In this document: piece by piece, positions 13,601 through 22,721 of the stretch
How the letters are laid out: every line of letters begins with the position of its first letter
How positions within the stretch are numbered: the stretch's first letter is position 1
Assembly (NCBI GenBank): GCA_963755025.1
Contig: CAVWIH010000034.1
Span: 32,001-96,000 of the forward strand
Direction: 5' to 3'
DNA length: 64,000 nt
DNA from: an uncultured Actinomycetes bacterium
GTDB taxonomy: Bacteria; Actinomycetota; Thermoleophilia; UBA2241
Position numbers and translations under genes: made by a program
Notes under the pieces: model-generated
The model's input: the letters and a program-made list of their open reading frames with translations, nothing else
The model's database searches: none
Told to the model about the DNA's origin: nothing

Positions 13601-14043
13601 GCAGCGGCTCGACCATGGCCGTCTTTCGCCTGGACGACGTCGACGGCGGCATCGAGGTGGTGGCCTTCGGCAGCATCTGCGAGCAGTTCCAGGACCTGCT
13701 CGTCGAAGACGCCATCGTGCTGGTGCGCGGCCGGCTCGACCGCAAAAGCGAAGACGACGTCAAACTGATCGCCCTCGAGCTGCGCCCCTTCGACGGCGTG
13801 AGCGCCAGCCGGCCCCTCACTCTCGTGCTGAACGCCGACCGCGTGCAGATGGACCTGCTCGACGAGCTCAAGTCGATCCTCGGCTCGTTCCCCGGCGAGG
13901 TGCCGGTCGTGCTGCAGCTCACCACGGCGCAGGGACGGCATCGCCTGAAGGTGGGCAACAAGTACCGGGTCGAACCGGTGAGCGGCCTCTACGCCGAGCT
14001 CAAGTGCCTGCTCGGCGAGAGCTGCGTGCGGGTCGGTCGCTAG
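10621..14043 (+). CDS. dnaE: DNA polymerase III alpha subunit
   Basis: HLHVHSEYSLLDG PHP domain, GPGRGSAAGS, MPDIDMDF, LLKMDFLGL, FNKSHAA; no intein. Confidence 0.97.
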   Translation: MDSGFVHLHVHSEYSLLDGACRLRPLVERVKELGMPAVALTDHGSLSGAVQFYRAAKEAGVKPILGLELYVVSDRHGRASAKERYSHLTMLARTNQGYANLIKIGTAAYLEGYYYKPRADWELLERYNEGLICLTGCMSGRASIMLREGNDAAALAELERLIGLFGRDNVYVELQDEGIAEQRELVSKLALLARQAGLKTVATNDVHYLRHEDARAQDALVCIQTQCQLDEPKAAPRMSTEEFYLKDADEMRTLFADYPEACDTTLEIAERCNVELEFGRTLLPRYPVPDERSEDEYLRDLCTEGIRRRYGAEPRAEVPERLAFELDTIRDMGFSAYFLIVWDFVKFAKDSGIAVGPGRGSAAGSIVAYSLGITDIDPLKYDLLFERFLNPGRKSMPDIDMDFSVERRDEVIEYVAQKYGRDHVAQIITFGTMAARAATRDAARVLGLPYAIGDRIAKMIPEQAPPATFKQAMANGSELKVAYDKDEPTRQVVDLAMALEGLIRNDSIHAAGVVISDLPLTEYIPLQQKGEAEVVTQFGMDDVAALGLLKMDFLGLRNLDIIEAALKLIEKSQGVCVDMTTLPLDDAKTYEMLARGDSTGTFQFESSGMKEALREIGPTAFDDLVAIVALYRPGPMQYISTYARNKKDPASVVYDHEALRPILEPTHGVTIYQEQYMAIARRVGGCTPAQADDLRKAISKKNKKLMASLKDPLMEGLRASGLPQNVCNKLWSNFEATGDYSFNKSHAACYALISYRTAFLKANYPVEYMAAVVSSVMNTKDKVPFYVNQCHEMGIDVLPPDVNESEVGFTVSEGKIRFGLNAVKGVGVGAIESIVAARADGRFSSIYDFCARVDSSLVNRRTLEALIKSGAFDSTGDTRRGMLEALPAASASGERRRRDRAQGQGGLFDVLAADTSNEMAHHPAIGGEEFDSDILLRFEKEALGLYLSSHPLEGLRAQLRDQIDATVSQLGDLRDGQTLWTGGVISGLARRQTRSGSTMAVFRLDDVDGGIEVVAFGSICEQFQDLLVEDAIVLVRGRLDRKSEDDVKLIALELRPFDGVSASRPLTLVLNADRVQMDLLDELKSILGSFPGEVPVVLQLTTAQGRHRLKVGNKYRVEPVSGLYAELKCLLGESCVRVGR

Positions 14044-14231
14044 CCGGCTCGCGTGCGGCGCCGAGCGGCCCGGTGCCCCCGGCGCCGAGCGCCCCGGTGG
14101 CCCGGCGCCCGGCGCTCGTGGGCGGCGTAACGGCCGCGCCGCTGCACGGCCGGCCGGGTAGTAGCTAGACTGCTGTTCTTGAAGGGCGCCGCCTGGCGCG
14201 GCGCCGCGGTTTGATCGGAGGTCGGACTGCC

Positions 14232-15428
14232 GTGATTCCCGAAGGCATGCGCGACGTGCTGCCCGCCGAGGCGGCGGAGCTGCGCGCGATCGAGCAGATC
14301 GTGCTGGGCCGCTTCAACGCCTACGGCTACGGCGAGGTGCGCCCTCCGGCGCTCGAATACCCCGAGACCATGGAGCGCGCCGGCGTCGACCAGGCCTCGT
14401 CGGGCTTTCACCTCTACGACGAGCGCGGCCGCGCTCTCGTGCTGCGCACCGACCTGAGCACGGCCGTCGCCCGTCTGGCCGCCGACCGGCTGAGCGAGCG
14501 GCCGCTGCCCCTGCGCCTGGCCTACGAGGGGCCGGTCTACCGCACCGAGGCGACTCACAACCGCCGCGAGGGCGAGTTCTCGCAGCTCGGCGCCGAGCTG
14601 CTCGGCCTGGGCGCCGCGGCCGCCGACGCCGAGGTCGTCGTGCTGCTGTGCGACGCGCTCAGCGCGACCGGCCTGCGCGGTTTTCGCCTGGCGATCGGCA
14701 GCGTGGCGTTCCACCGCGAGCTGGTCGCCGCGCTGGGCCTGACGCCCGACGACAGCGACGACGTCTTCGACGCGCTGGCCGCCCGCGACTACGCCCTGCT
14801 CGAGACGATCGTCTCGCGGCGCGGCGTGAGCGACGAAGGCCGCAAGACCCTGCAGCGGGCGCTCGACCTGTCTCCGGGCAAAGGTGCGCTCACCGCGGCC
14901 CGCAAGCTGTCGAGCAGCGAGGGCATGGAAGACGTCGTCGACCGGCTCGTGCGGGTCCAGGAGCTGGCCGACGACGCCGGCTACGGCGACCTTGTCGGCT
15001 TCGACTTCGGCCTCATGCCCGAGCTCGGCTACTACACGGGCATCGTCTTCGAGGCCTGGGCTCCTGGCGTCGACTTTCCGGTCGCCATGGGCGGCCGCTA
15101 CGATCGCCTGCTGGCCGCTTTCGACTGGCCCATCCCGGCCGCCGGCTTCACGATCGACCTCGACCGGCTGCACCAGGCCCTGGTCGACGAGGGGGCCGGC
15201 GTGGCGCCGCTGTTCCCGCCGGCGCTGTCGTACGTGGGTGGGCTCGACGACCCCAAACGCGTCGACGACCTGCGCCGCCACGGCATCGCCGTCGCCGCCC
15301 TGCCCGGCGACGCCTCGGCGCGCATGCCGCGGCTGAGCGAGGAGCGCGGCGAGTTCGTCTTGGAGATGCCCGACGGTACCGCGCGAGGCTCGTGGCGCGA
15401 CGTGCTGCGCGCCCTCGGAGCCGGGTGA
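14232..15428 (+). CDS. hisZ: ATP phosphoribosyltransferase regulatory subunit
   Basis: IPEGMRDVLP, LVLRTD.ST.VAR, EFSQLGAEL, YYTGIVFE, GGRYD; GGAGG RBS upstream of GTG 14232. Confidence 0.88.
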   Translation: MIPEGMRDVLPAEAAELRAIEQIVLGRFNAYGYGEVRPPALEYPETMERAGVDQASSGFHLYDERGRALVLRTDLSTAVARLAADRLSERPLPLRLAYEGPVYRTEATHNRREGEFSQLGAELLGLGAAAADAEVVVLLCDALSATGLRGFRLAIGSVAFHRELVAALGLTPDDSDDVFDALAARDYALLETIVSRRGVSDEGRKTLQRALDLSPGKGALTAARKLSSSEGMEDVVDRLVRVQELADDAGYGDLVGFDFGLMPELGYYTGIVFEAWAPGVDFPVAMGGRYDRLLAAFDWPIPAAGFTIDLDRLHQALVDEGAGVAPLFPPALSYVGGLDDPKRVDDLRRHGIAVAALPGDASARMPRLSEERGEFVLEMPDGTARGSWRDVLRALGAG

Positions 15429-15440
15429 GCCGGTGAATCG

Positions 15441-16163
15441 GTGACCCTGCGCATCGTGGTTCCCGACGGCGCGCTGCGCGCGCCGTCGCTCGAGCTCTTC
15501 GCCGCCGCCGGCTTTGGCGGCGACGGCCGCGCGGCCCCAGACGGTCGCCCGGCCGAAGAGGGCGGTGCCCCGGCCGGCAAGGGACATCCGGCCGACGAGG
15601 GCCATCCGGCCGGCGAGGGCCGCCCGGCCAACGATCTCGACGTGCGCCTCGCGGTGGTGGCCGCCGCCGACGTGCCGGCCTACCTTTCGAGCGGCGCCGC
15701 CCACGCCGGGCTCGTCGCCAAAGACGCGCTGCTCGAGCGCGCCACCCGGCTCTGCGAGCTGCTCGACTTGCGCTTCGGCGCCGGGCAGCTCGTCTACGCC
15801 GTCGCGCCCGGCGCCGAGGTGCGCGCCGAGCGGCTCGGGCGCCTGCGCATCGCCACTCGCCACCCGGCCCTCACGCGCTCGTACTTTCGCGCGCGCGGCC
15901 TGCAGGTGAGCATCGTGCCGGTCGACGGCACGCTCGACCGGGCCGTCACCGACGGCCTCGCCGACGGCGTCGTGACGCTCGTCGAGACGACCCCGACGGG
16001 CAGCGCGCCGGCGGGCGTCGCGGGGCTCACTGTCGAGGGCGTCGTGGCCGAGACCAGCATCCGCCTGGTCGCCGGGCGCGGCGCCCGCGTGTTGCACGGC
16101 GCCGAGCTGGGGGTGGTTGTAGCGGGCCTGCGCGACCTGCTCGCCGGCAGGAGCGCGTCGTGA
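15441..16163 (+). CDS. hisG: degenerate short-form ATP phosphoribosyltransferase (HisG-like, catalytic motifs altered)
   Basis: Recognisable fold motifs (DVPAYL..G.A.AG..KD.L.E, LLDLRFG, IATRHP, GLADG) between hisZ and hisD, but key residues changed. Confidence 0.65.
   Translation: MTLRIVVPDGALRAPSLELFAAAGFGGDGRAAPDGRPAEEGGAPAGKGHPADEGHPAGEGRPANDLDVRLAVVAAADVPAYLSSGAAHAGLVAKDALLERATRLCELLDLRFGAGQLVYAVAPGAEVRAERLGRLRIATRHPALTRSYFRARGLQVSIVPVDGTLDRAVTDGLADGVVTLVETTPTGSAPAGVAGLTVEGVVAETSIRLVAGRGARVLHGAELGVVVAGLRDLLAGRSAS
15522..15632 (+). repeat. in-frame ~18-bp degenerate tandem repeat, about 6 copies, inside hisG-like gene
   Basis: gacggtcgcccggccgaa / gagggccatccggccggc / gagggccgcccggccaac etc., encoding xGxPAx hexapeptides. 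Confidence 0.75.
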
Positions 16164-16264
16164 ACCGGTCGACCGTCGCCGGCAGGACGGCGTCGTGAGA
16201 CGGCCGGCGCCGGACGGTGGGGGAGAGGCATGAGGCGACAAAAGCTCGGCTACGAGGGAGAGCC

Positions 16265-17527
16265 ATGAGACGGCTGACGCTGGGCGACGATCCGGCCGCC
16301 GTGGTGGCCGCGCTGCGCGACCCGCCGGCGGTCGAGCTCGCCGTCGAGCGCGTCGTGCGGGCGATCCTCGCCGACGTGGCGGCGCGCGGCGACGACGCCG
16401 TGCGCGACCAGGCGGCCCGCCTCGACCGGATCGAGCTGCCCGAGCGCTACGGCCTCGAGCCGGCCGTGCTGCGCGCCGCCCTCGCCGCCGCCGACCCCGA
16501 GCTGCGCGCCGCGCTCGAGCTGGCCGCCGCCAACATCCGCGCCTACCACACCCGCGAAAAGCCGGCGTCCTGGCGCGAGACCCTGGCCCAGGGCCAGGTC
16601 GTGGGCCAGGAGATCGTGCCGCTCGAGGTCGCCGGTCTCTACGTGCCCGGCGGCCTGGCCAACTACCCGTCGTCTGTGCTCATGACCGCCATCCCCGCGC
16701 AGGTCGCCGGCGTGCGGCGCGTCGTCGTGTGCTCGCCGCCGCGGCCCGGCGGCGGCGTCGCCGCGGGCGTGGCCGCCGCCTGCGAGCTGCTCGGCGTCAC
16801 CGATCTGTACCCCATCGGCGGCGCTCAGGCGGTCGCCGCCATGGCCTTCGGCACGGCTGTCGTGCCGCGCTGCGACGTCATCGTCGGGCCGGGGAACGCC
16901 TACGTCACCGAAGCCAAGCGCCAGGTCATGGGGCGGGTTCGCATCGACGGCCTGGCCGGACCGAGCGAGGTGCTGATCGTGGCCGACGCGGCCGGGCGGG
17001 TCGACTGGATCGCCGCCGACCTGCTCGCCCAGGCCGAGCACGGCGCGGGCGCCATGGCGGCGCTGCTCGACGTGGGCGGCGCGCTCGGCGACCGCGTCGC
17101 CGACGCGGTCGCGCGGCTTGCCGCCGACCTCGGCCTCTCCACCGAGCGCATCGCGCTCGTCGAGTGCCGCGACACGGCGGCGGCGGTCGGGCTGGTGAAC
17201 GCCTTTGCGCCCGAGCACCTCGAGCTCCACGTGGGCGACGCCGCGGCCCTCGTGCCCCAGGTGCGCAGCGCCGGGGCGATCTTCGTGGGCCCGCGCTCGG
17301 CGACCGCGTTCGGCGACTACGCGGCCGGCACCAACCACGTGCTGCCGACCGGCGGCTCCGCGCGTTTTGGCCAGGGCCTGTCGGTGAGCGACTTCGTCAA
17401 GCGCGTCGGGGTCGTCGAGCTCGACGCCGCCGCGGCCGCGGCGCTCGCCGCGCCGGTGGCGGCCATCGCCGGCGAAGAGGGCCTGCACGCCCACGCCCGC
17501 TCGGCCGTCCTGCGGGGAGCGCCGTGA
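16265..17527 (+). CDS. hisD: histidinol dehydrogenase
   Basis: GLYVPGG, GPGNAYV, AGPSE, AQAEH, APEHL, GDY.AGTNHVLPT, EGL.AH all present. Confidence 0.92.
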   Translation: MRRLTLGDDPAAVVAALRDPPAVELAVERVVRAILADVAARGDDAVRDQAARLDRIELPERYGLEPAVLRAALAAADPELRAALELAAANIRAYHTREKPASWRETLAQGQVVGQEIVPLEVAGLYVPGGLANYPSSVLMTAIPAQVAGVRRVVVCSPPRPGGGVAAGVAAACELLGVTDLYPIGGAQAVAAMAFGTAVVPRCDVIVGPGNAYVTEAKRQVMGRVRIDGLAGPSEVLIVADAAGRVDWIAADLLAQAEHGAGAMAALLDVGGALGDRVADAVARLAADLGLSTERIALVECRDTAAAVGLVNAFAPEHLELHVGDAAALVPQVRSAGAIFVGPRSATAFGDYAAGTNHVLPTGGSARFGQGLSVSDFVKRVGVVELDAAAAAALAAPVAAIAGEEGLHAHARSAVLRGAP

Positions 17528-18102
17528 GCGGCGCACGCGGGCGCCGGGCGGTCGCCGGCGACACGAGCTGCGGCGACCGCATAGCGGTCACCCTCGAGCT
17601 CGACGGCCATGGCCGCGCCGACGTGGCGACCGGCGACGAGTTCCTCGACCACCTGCTGCAGCTGGTCGCGCGGCACGCCCGCTTCGACCTGGCCATCGCC
17701 ATCGGCGACGCGCGCGAGGCCTGCGGCGACCGCGTCGTCGAGAGCATCGCGGGGGCGCTCGGCCGCGCCCTGCGCGACGCCCTGGGCGCCGAGCAGGGCA
17801 TCCGCCGCTCGGGCTCGGCGACCATGCCGGTCGACGAAGCGCTCGCCCTGGTCGCCCTCGATCTCTCCGGCCGGCCCTACCTGGCCTACGACATCGACCT
17901 GGCCGGCGTGCGCATCGAGGCCTTCGACGCCGACCTCGCCGGCCGGTTCCTGCGCGCCCTGGCCGATGCCGGCGGCATCACCCTGCACATCAGGCTGCTG
18001 TCGGGCAGCGATCCGCAGAACATCGTCGACGCCGTCTTCGAGGGCCTCGGCGAGGCCCTGCGCACGGCCTGCGAGTCGCTCGAGGTGAAGGCACAGCCGT
18101 GA
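17524..18102 (+). CDS. hisB: imidazoleglycerol-phosphate dehydratase-like protein lacking metal-binding motifs
   Basis: LDG.G..D..TG..FLDH, GIRRSGS..P.DEAL..VALDLSGRPYL, ITLHI match IGPD, but both HHxxE motifs are absent. Confidence 0.65.
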   Translation: MSGARGRRAVAGDTSCGDRIAVTLELDGHGRADVATGDEFLDHLLQLVARHARFDLAIAIGDAREACGDRVVESIAGALGRALRDALGAEQGIRRSGSATMPVDEALALVALDLSGRPYLAYDIDLAGVRIEAFDADLAGRFLRALADAGGITLHIRLLSGSDPQNIVDAVFEGLGEALRTACESLEVKAQP

Positions 18103-18776
18103 GCCGCGCCGTCGACCTCGGCGACCTCGGCCCCGTCGCCGCCGCGAGGCTGGCCGACGACGTCGCCGCGGCCACCCTCATCTGCTTTCCGACCGACACC
18201 GTCTACGGCATCGGCGGCCTCGCCACGGTTGCGACGGCAGCCGCCATCGCCCACGTCAAGGGTCGCCCCCCCGACAAGCCGCTGCAGCTCGTCTACCCGA
18301 CGCTCGAGCTGCTGCTCGGCTCGATCCCGCTGGCGCCGGCCGTCGCGGCCGCCGCGCGCCGCCTTCTGCCGGGCCCGTTCACGCTGGTCGTGCCCTACCC
18401 CGAGGGCCTGCGGTTCCCGCCGCCGGGCGTGCTCGAAGCCCCCGGCGGCGAGCCCCTGAAGACGCTCGGCGTGCGCGTGCCCGACTGGCCGCTCGCCGCC
18501 CGGGCGCTGGCCGCCCTGCCGTTCCCGCTGCTGGCCTCGTCGGCCAACCTGAGCGGGGGCGACGACCCCGCCGAGCTCGCGGCCGTCGAGCCGGCCGTGC
18601 GCGCGGCGTGCGACCTTCTCCTCGACGCGGGACCGACCAGTGGCGTATCGTCAACAGTGCTCGATCTCAGCGGCCTGCCGGCCGGCCGGGGTTTTCGCGT
18701 GCTGCGGGCCGGCGTCGTCGGCGCCGCCGAGATCACCAGCATCCTCGCAAGCCACGAAGATCGGCTGCGCCACTAG
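18099..18776 (+). CDS. tsaC: L-threonylcarbamoyladenylate synthase (Sua5/YrdC)
   Basis: FPTDTVYGIG, KGRP.DKPL, LPGPFT, GVRVP, SSANLSG, SSTVLD. Confidence 0.9.
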   Translation: MSRAVDLGDLGPVAAARLADDVAAATLICFPTDTVYGIGGLATVATAAAIAHVKGRPPDKPLQLVYPTLELLLGSIPLAPAVAAAARRLLPGPFTLVVPYPEGLRFPPPGVLEAPGGEPLKTLGVRVPDWPLAARALAALPFPLLASSANLSGGDDPAELAAVEPAVRAACDLLLDAGPTSGVSSTVLDLSGLPAGRGFRVLRAGVVGAAEITSILASHEDRLRH

Positions 18777-18797
18777 CCAGGAAGGACCGGCTGCACT

Positions 18798-19685
18798 GTG
18801 AAGAGCCTGCGCATGATCCAGGTCGACGTCTTCAGCGAGCGGCCGCTCGCCGGCAATCCGCTGGCCGTCTTTCTCGACGCCGAGGGGTTGAGCGATCAGC
18901 AGATGCAGCAGATCGCGACCGAGATGAACCTCTCCGAGACGACGTTCGTCACTGCGCCCCAGGCAGGCGGCGACGCCCGCGTGCGCATCTTCACGCCCGC
19001 CGTCGAGCTGCCCTTCGCCGGCCACCCCAGCATCGGCACGGCCTGCACGCTGGTCTCCGAGGGCCGCGTCGCCCCGCAGGACCCGGTCACCGAGGTCACC
19101 CTCGAGCTGAACGTCGGGCCCACCGTGGTCGACGTCACCGTGCGCGGCGGCAAGGCCGTGGCCGGTGTCGTGCACCAGGGCGCCCCCGCGTTCGGCGAGG
19201 AGATCCCCCGCGACCAGGCGGCGGCGGTGCTGGGCCTGCAGGTCAGCGACTTAGACGAGGAGCTCGCGCCGCGCGTGGTCTCGACCGGCCTGAGCTACGC
19301 CATCATCCCGCTGCGCAACACGCGCACGCTGGCGAGCGCCTGGTTCAACTACGACCTGCTGGCCGACTTCGAACGCCGCTTCGCCGAGCTCTACCCGTTC
19401 GCCCTCACCGGCGACGAGGAACCCTTCGCCGAGGCGCGCTGCTTCGCGCCGCTGGCCGGCATCGTCGAAGACCCGGCGACCGGTAGCGCCGCCGGGCCGC
19501 TGGCCGCCTACCTGGCCCGCGAGGGCCTGCTCGGACCCGGTGTGGCGAGGGTGCTGGCCCAGGGCCAGCACGTGCGCCGCCCCAGCCGCCTCACGCTGTC
19601 GGTGACCACCGAGGGCGTACGCATCGTCGACGTGCTGGTCGGCGGGGGGGTCGTGCCCGTCATGACCGCCGAGCTTTCTCTCTGA
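18798..19685 (+). CDS. PhzF family isomerase
   Basis: VDVF...[30 protein letters not shown]. Confidence 0.9.
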   Translation: MKSLRMIQVDVFSERPLAGNPLAVFLDAEGLSDQQMQQIATEMNLSETTFVTAPQAGGDARVRIFTPAVELPFAGHPSIGTACTLVSEGRVAPQDPVTEVTLELNVGPTVVDVTVRGGKAVAGVVHQGAPAFGEEIPRDQAAAVLGLQVSDLDEELAPRVVSTGLSYAIIPLRNTRTLASAWFNYDLLADFERRFAELYPFALTGDEEPFAEARCFAPLAGIVEDPATGSAAGPLAAYLAREGLLGPGVARVLAQGQHVRRPSRLTLSVTTEGVRIVDVLVGGGVVPVMTAELSL

Positions 19686-19740
19686 GCCACGGGCTCTTTG
19701 GTAGAATCCTTCTGGGTACGAACGCGACCGAAAGGGAGTC

Positions 19741-20196
19741 ATGGCTTGTAAGATCGCCGCCGGCGCCGACCACGCCGGGTATGCCTTGAAAGACCAGCTC
19801 GTGGCGCGCCTGCGCGCGGCCGGTCACGAGGTCACCGACCTCGGTACGGCGACGGCCGACTCCGTCGACTATCCCACCTTTGCCCACGCCGTCGCCGCCC
19901 AGGTCGCCGCCGGCGAGGCCGACCGCGGTCTGCTCGTGTGCGGCAGCGGCATCGGCATGTGCATCGCGGCCAATCGTCACCCCGGCGTGCGCGCCGCCGA
20001 CTGCCTCACGGTCGAGATGGCCGAGCTCTCGCGGCGCCACAACGACGCCAACGTGCTCTGCCTGGGCGCCCGCCTGCTGTCGTCCGACGAAGCCTGGGCC
20101 GTGACCGAGGCCTGGCTTGCGACCGCCTTCGAGGGCGGCCGTCACGAGCACCGCGTCGCCGAGATCGAACACGTTGCCGCGCAGGCCAAGAGCTGA
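19741..20196 (+). CDS. rpiB: ribose-5-phosphate isomerase B
   Basis: GADHAG, SVDYP, CGSGIG, HNDANVL, FEGGRH. Confidence 0.93.
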   Translation: MACKIAAGADHAGYALKDQLVARLRAAGHEVTDLGTATADSVDYPTFAHAVAAQVAAGEADRGLLVCGSGIGMCIAANRHPGVRAADCLTVEMAELSRRHNDANVLCLGARLLSSDEAWAVTEAWLATAFEGGRHEHRVAEIEHVAAQAKS

Positions 20197-20225
20197 CCGG
20201 CTCGCGCTGGTGCGCGCCGGGCGTC

Positions 20226-20708
20226 ATGACTGAGCTCCCCGGCGCCGGCGCGCCGCCGGCGCAGCGGCCGAGCTGGGACCTCTACTTTCTGCAGCTCGCC
20301 CGCCAGGCGGCCACGCGCTCGACCTGCCTGCGCCGTCAGGTCGGCGCCGTGCTGGTGCGCGACCGGCGCATCCTGGCCACCGGGTACAACGGCTCGCCGC
20401 GCGGCGTGGCGCACTGCCTCGACATCGGCTGCCTGCGCGACCAGCTCGGCATTCCCTCGGGCGAACGCCAGGAGCTCTGCCGCGCCATCCACGCCGAGCA
20501 GAACGCCATCATCCAGGCGGCCGTGCACGGCGTGGCCATCGAGGGCGCCACCTGCTACACCACGCTGCAGCCCTGCGTGCTGTGCGCCAAGATGCTCATC
20601 AACTGCGGCGTGCGCGAGATCCACTACGCCGAGGGGTACCCCGACGAGCTGTCGCGCGAGATGTTCGCCGAAGCCGGCGTCGTCGTGGTCAAGGAGGAGC
20701 TTCCATAA
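20226..20708 (+). CDS. dCMP deaminase / ComEB family
   Basis: RPSWD.YF, RSTCLRR.VGA, TGYNG, HAEQNA, PCVLCAK. Confidence 0.9.
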   Translation: MTELPGAGAPPAQRPSWDLYFLQLARQAATRSTCLRRQVGAVLVRDRRILATGYNGSPRGVAHCLDIGCLRDQLGIPSGERQELCRAIHAEQNAIIQAAVHGVAIEGATCYTTLQPCVLCAKMLINCGVREIHYAEGYPDELSREMFAEAGVVVVKEELP

Positions 20709-21913
20709 GCGACCTGCTGGAACTGCCCGGCGCGGTCCAGCTCGCCATACTCGGGTTCATCCTCGCGGCGAGCATCGTCATTCTCGCCACGCCCGCCATG
20801 GCCCGGCTGGCGCGCCGCACGGGGATCGTCGACCGTCCGAGCGACGCGCGCCGCATGCACGCTCGGGTCACGCCGCTGCTCGGCGGCCTCGCCATCTACC
20901 TGGGCGTGATGATCCCGACCCTGGTGCTCGTCAAGCACGACCCGGCGACCAAAGCCATCCTGATCGGCGGCACGATCGTCGCCGCCGTGGGCGTGATCGA
21001 CGACTTCGCCGAGATCAAGCCGCTGCTCAAGTTCGCCGGCCAGATCGCCGCTATCGTCGCCCTGCTGCTCTGCGGGCTGCGCATCGACCACCTCTCGGTG
21101 CCGCTCACCAGCATCACCGTCACCCTGCAGCCCATCATCTCGATACCGCTCACCGTGCTCTGGGTGGCGACCATCATCAACATGGTCAACTTCATCGACG
21201 GCCTCGACGGCCTGGCGGCCGGCGTGTGCGCCATCTCGGCGCTGACCTTCGCCGTCATCGCCCTGTCGCTCGACCGCGGCACCACCGGGGTGGCGGCCGC
21301 CATCTTGGCAGGGGCCGCCTTCGCCTTTTTGCGCTTCAACTTCTACCCGGCGAGCATCTTCATGGGCGACGCCGGAGCCATGCTGCTGGGCTACGTGCTC
21401 GCCGTGATCAGTATCCAGGGCGTGCTCAAGGGCGCCGCGACCGTCGCCCTGATCTTTCCGTTGCTCGTGCTGGGCGTGCCCTTCGCCGACCTCTTCCTGG
21501 TCGTCATCAGGCGCCTGCGCAAGGGGGTGCCCATCTACTCGCCGGGTCGCGACCACGTGCACCACGACCTCGTGCTCGTGGCCGGCTTCTCGCAACGCAC
21601 GTCGGTGCTCGTGCTCTACGGCTGGTGCCTGGTGCTGAACGGGCTGGCGCTGGCCATGCGCTTCCGCGCCACGGTGGCGATCGTCGTGCTGGGCATCGCA
21701 TCGCTGGCGGCGACCGCCTCGATGGCGCGCCTGCTGCTGCGCTACCGCGCGAGCGACGCGCCAGGCGGCGAAGGAGGCAGGCCCGCCTCCGGACGAGGCG
21801 GGCCGACGCGCGGGGGCGCTGTCGGCACCCTCGAGCTCCCCGCCGGGCGGCGGCCTTCTCACCGGCGCGGCAACCGCCACGCGCGCCGTTCCGGCGGCGC
21901 GAGCGGCCGTTAG
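20705..21913 (+). CDS. MraY/WecA/TagO family polyprenyl-phosphate GlcNAc-1-phosphate transferase
   Basis: [37 protein letters not shown]; multiple TM helices; probable ATA start after AAGGAGG. Confidence 0.88.
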   Translation: MSDLLELPGAVQLAILGFILAASIVILATPAMARLARRTGIVDRPSDARRMHARVTPLLGGLAIYLGVMIPTLVLVKHDPATKAILIGGTIVAAVGVIDDFAEIKPLLKFAGQIAAIVALLLCGLRIDHLSVPLTSITVTLQPIISIPLTVLWVATIINMVNFIDGLDGLAAGVCAISALTFAVIALSLDRGTTGVAAAILAGAAFAFLRFNFYPASIFMGDAGAMLLGYVLAVISIQGVLKGAATVALIFPLLVLGVPFADLFLVVIRRLRKGVPIYSPGRDHVHHDLVLVAGFSQRTSVLVLYGWCLVLNGLALAMRFRATVAIVVLGIASLAATASMARLLLRYRASDAPGGEGGRPASGRGGPTRGGAVGTLELPAGRRPSHRRGNRHARRSGGASGR

Positions 21914-22007
21914 AGTGGAGACCGTGCCCGCCCCGCGGCAGTCGACTGATTCCATCAACTTCCGCAGCGGCGGCGCGGCGGGCCGCGCCACGGGTGTGTG
22001 AGGCCGG

Positions 22008-22036
22008 TTGTCGGGGTAGGAAGGGGCCGATATACT
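22008..22036 (+). promoter_or_regulatory. putative promoter of the atp operon
   Basis: TTGTCG-17 nt-TATACT. Confidence 0.5.
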
Positions 22037-22258
22037 ATGGCGCGCCAGACGGGTGATCATGGCCAAAATGGCCACAAGAGGGGTGACCTTACGTCGGCCC
22101 AATCGATCGCCTTCACGGTGTTGGCCGGTATCGTAGTGGGAATGCTGGTCGGCTACGGCCTCGACCGCCTGCTACACACGTCGCCGGCGTTCCTCGTGGT
22201 AGGGGTCTTTGCCGGCTTCGGCGCCGCCCTTTACGCCGTGTTTCTCAAGACGAAGTGA
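22037..22258 (+). CDS. AtpZ/AtpQ family ATP synthase accessory protein (start uncertain)
   Basis: G..VGYGLDRLLHTSP.FL..G...G motif at head of atp operon. Confidence 0.75.
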   Translation: MARQTGDHGQNGHKRGDLTSAQSIAFTVLAGIVVGMLVGYGLDRLLHTSPAFLVVGVFAGFGAALYAVFLKTK

Positions 22259-22295
22259 AGGAGCAGTCACCTGACGATCGTCAGGTCATTCGAGT

Positions 22296-22721
22296 ATGAA
22301 CACGAACCCGATCGCCCTACTGCGTCGTGAACCCGTCCCCGCCTTGCTGCTCGCGCTCTCCTTGGGCTGCGCCGGCGTGGCGGCCGCCGCGGGGCGCGAC
22401 GTCGTCACGGCGCTCATCGGGGCGCTGCTCGTGGTCGTCTACTGGGCGGTCGAGCGCCTTGCGGCGCGCATCGGCGCGCACGGCACTATCCAGCTGGCCA
22501 TGGTGATCGGCGTCGTCGGCATGGTCGTGCGCCTCACGATCGTCGTTGGCGGCCTCGTGATCATCGGCCTCGTCGATCGCCCGGGCTTCCTCGATGCCAT
22601 CGTGTCGTTCGTGGTCGTGTACACCGTCTACCTGGGTGTGCGCCTCTGGCGCTTCCCCGTCCCGCACGCCGACGCATCCGCCGGCCGATTGCTCACCCAT
22701 CGTCACAGGAGCGCCCGATGA
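22296..22721 (+). CDS. atpI: ATP synthase protein I-like membrane protein
   Basis: Four TM helices, position before atpB. Confidence 0.65.
   Translation: MNTNPIALLRREPVPALLLALSLGCAGVAAAAGRDVVTALIGALLVVVYWAVERLAARIGAHGTIQLAMVIGVVGMVVRLTIVVGGLVIIGLVDRPGFLDAIVSFVVVYTVYLGVRLWRFPVPHADASAGRLLTHRHRSAR

Noticed and set aside
10621-14043. Intein or split in dnaE
   Set aside because: Normal length, continuous motifs; the extended N-terminus in the ORF track is spurious.
11298-14168. Long alternative-frame and antisense ORFs over dnaE, secA, leuA and others
   Set aside because: Arg/Pro/Ala-rich shadow ORFs expected from GC3 bias; no motifs.
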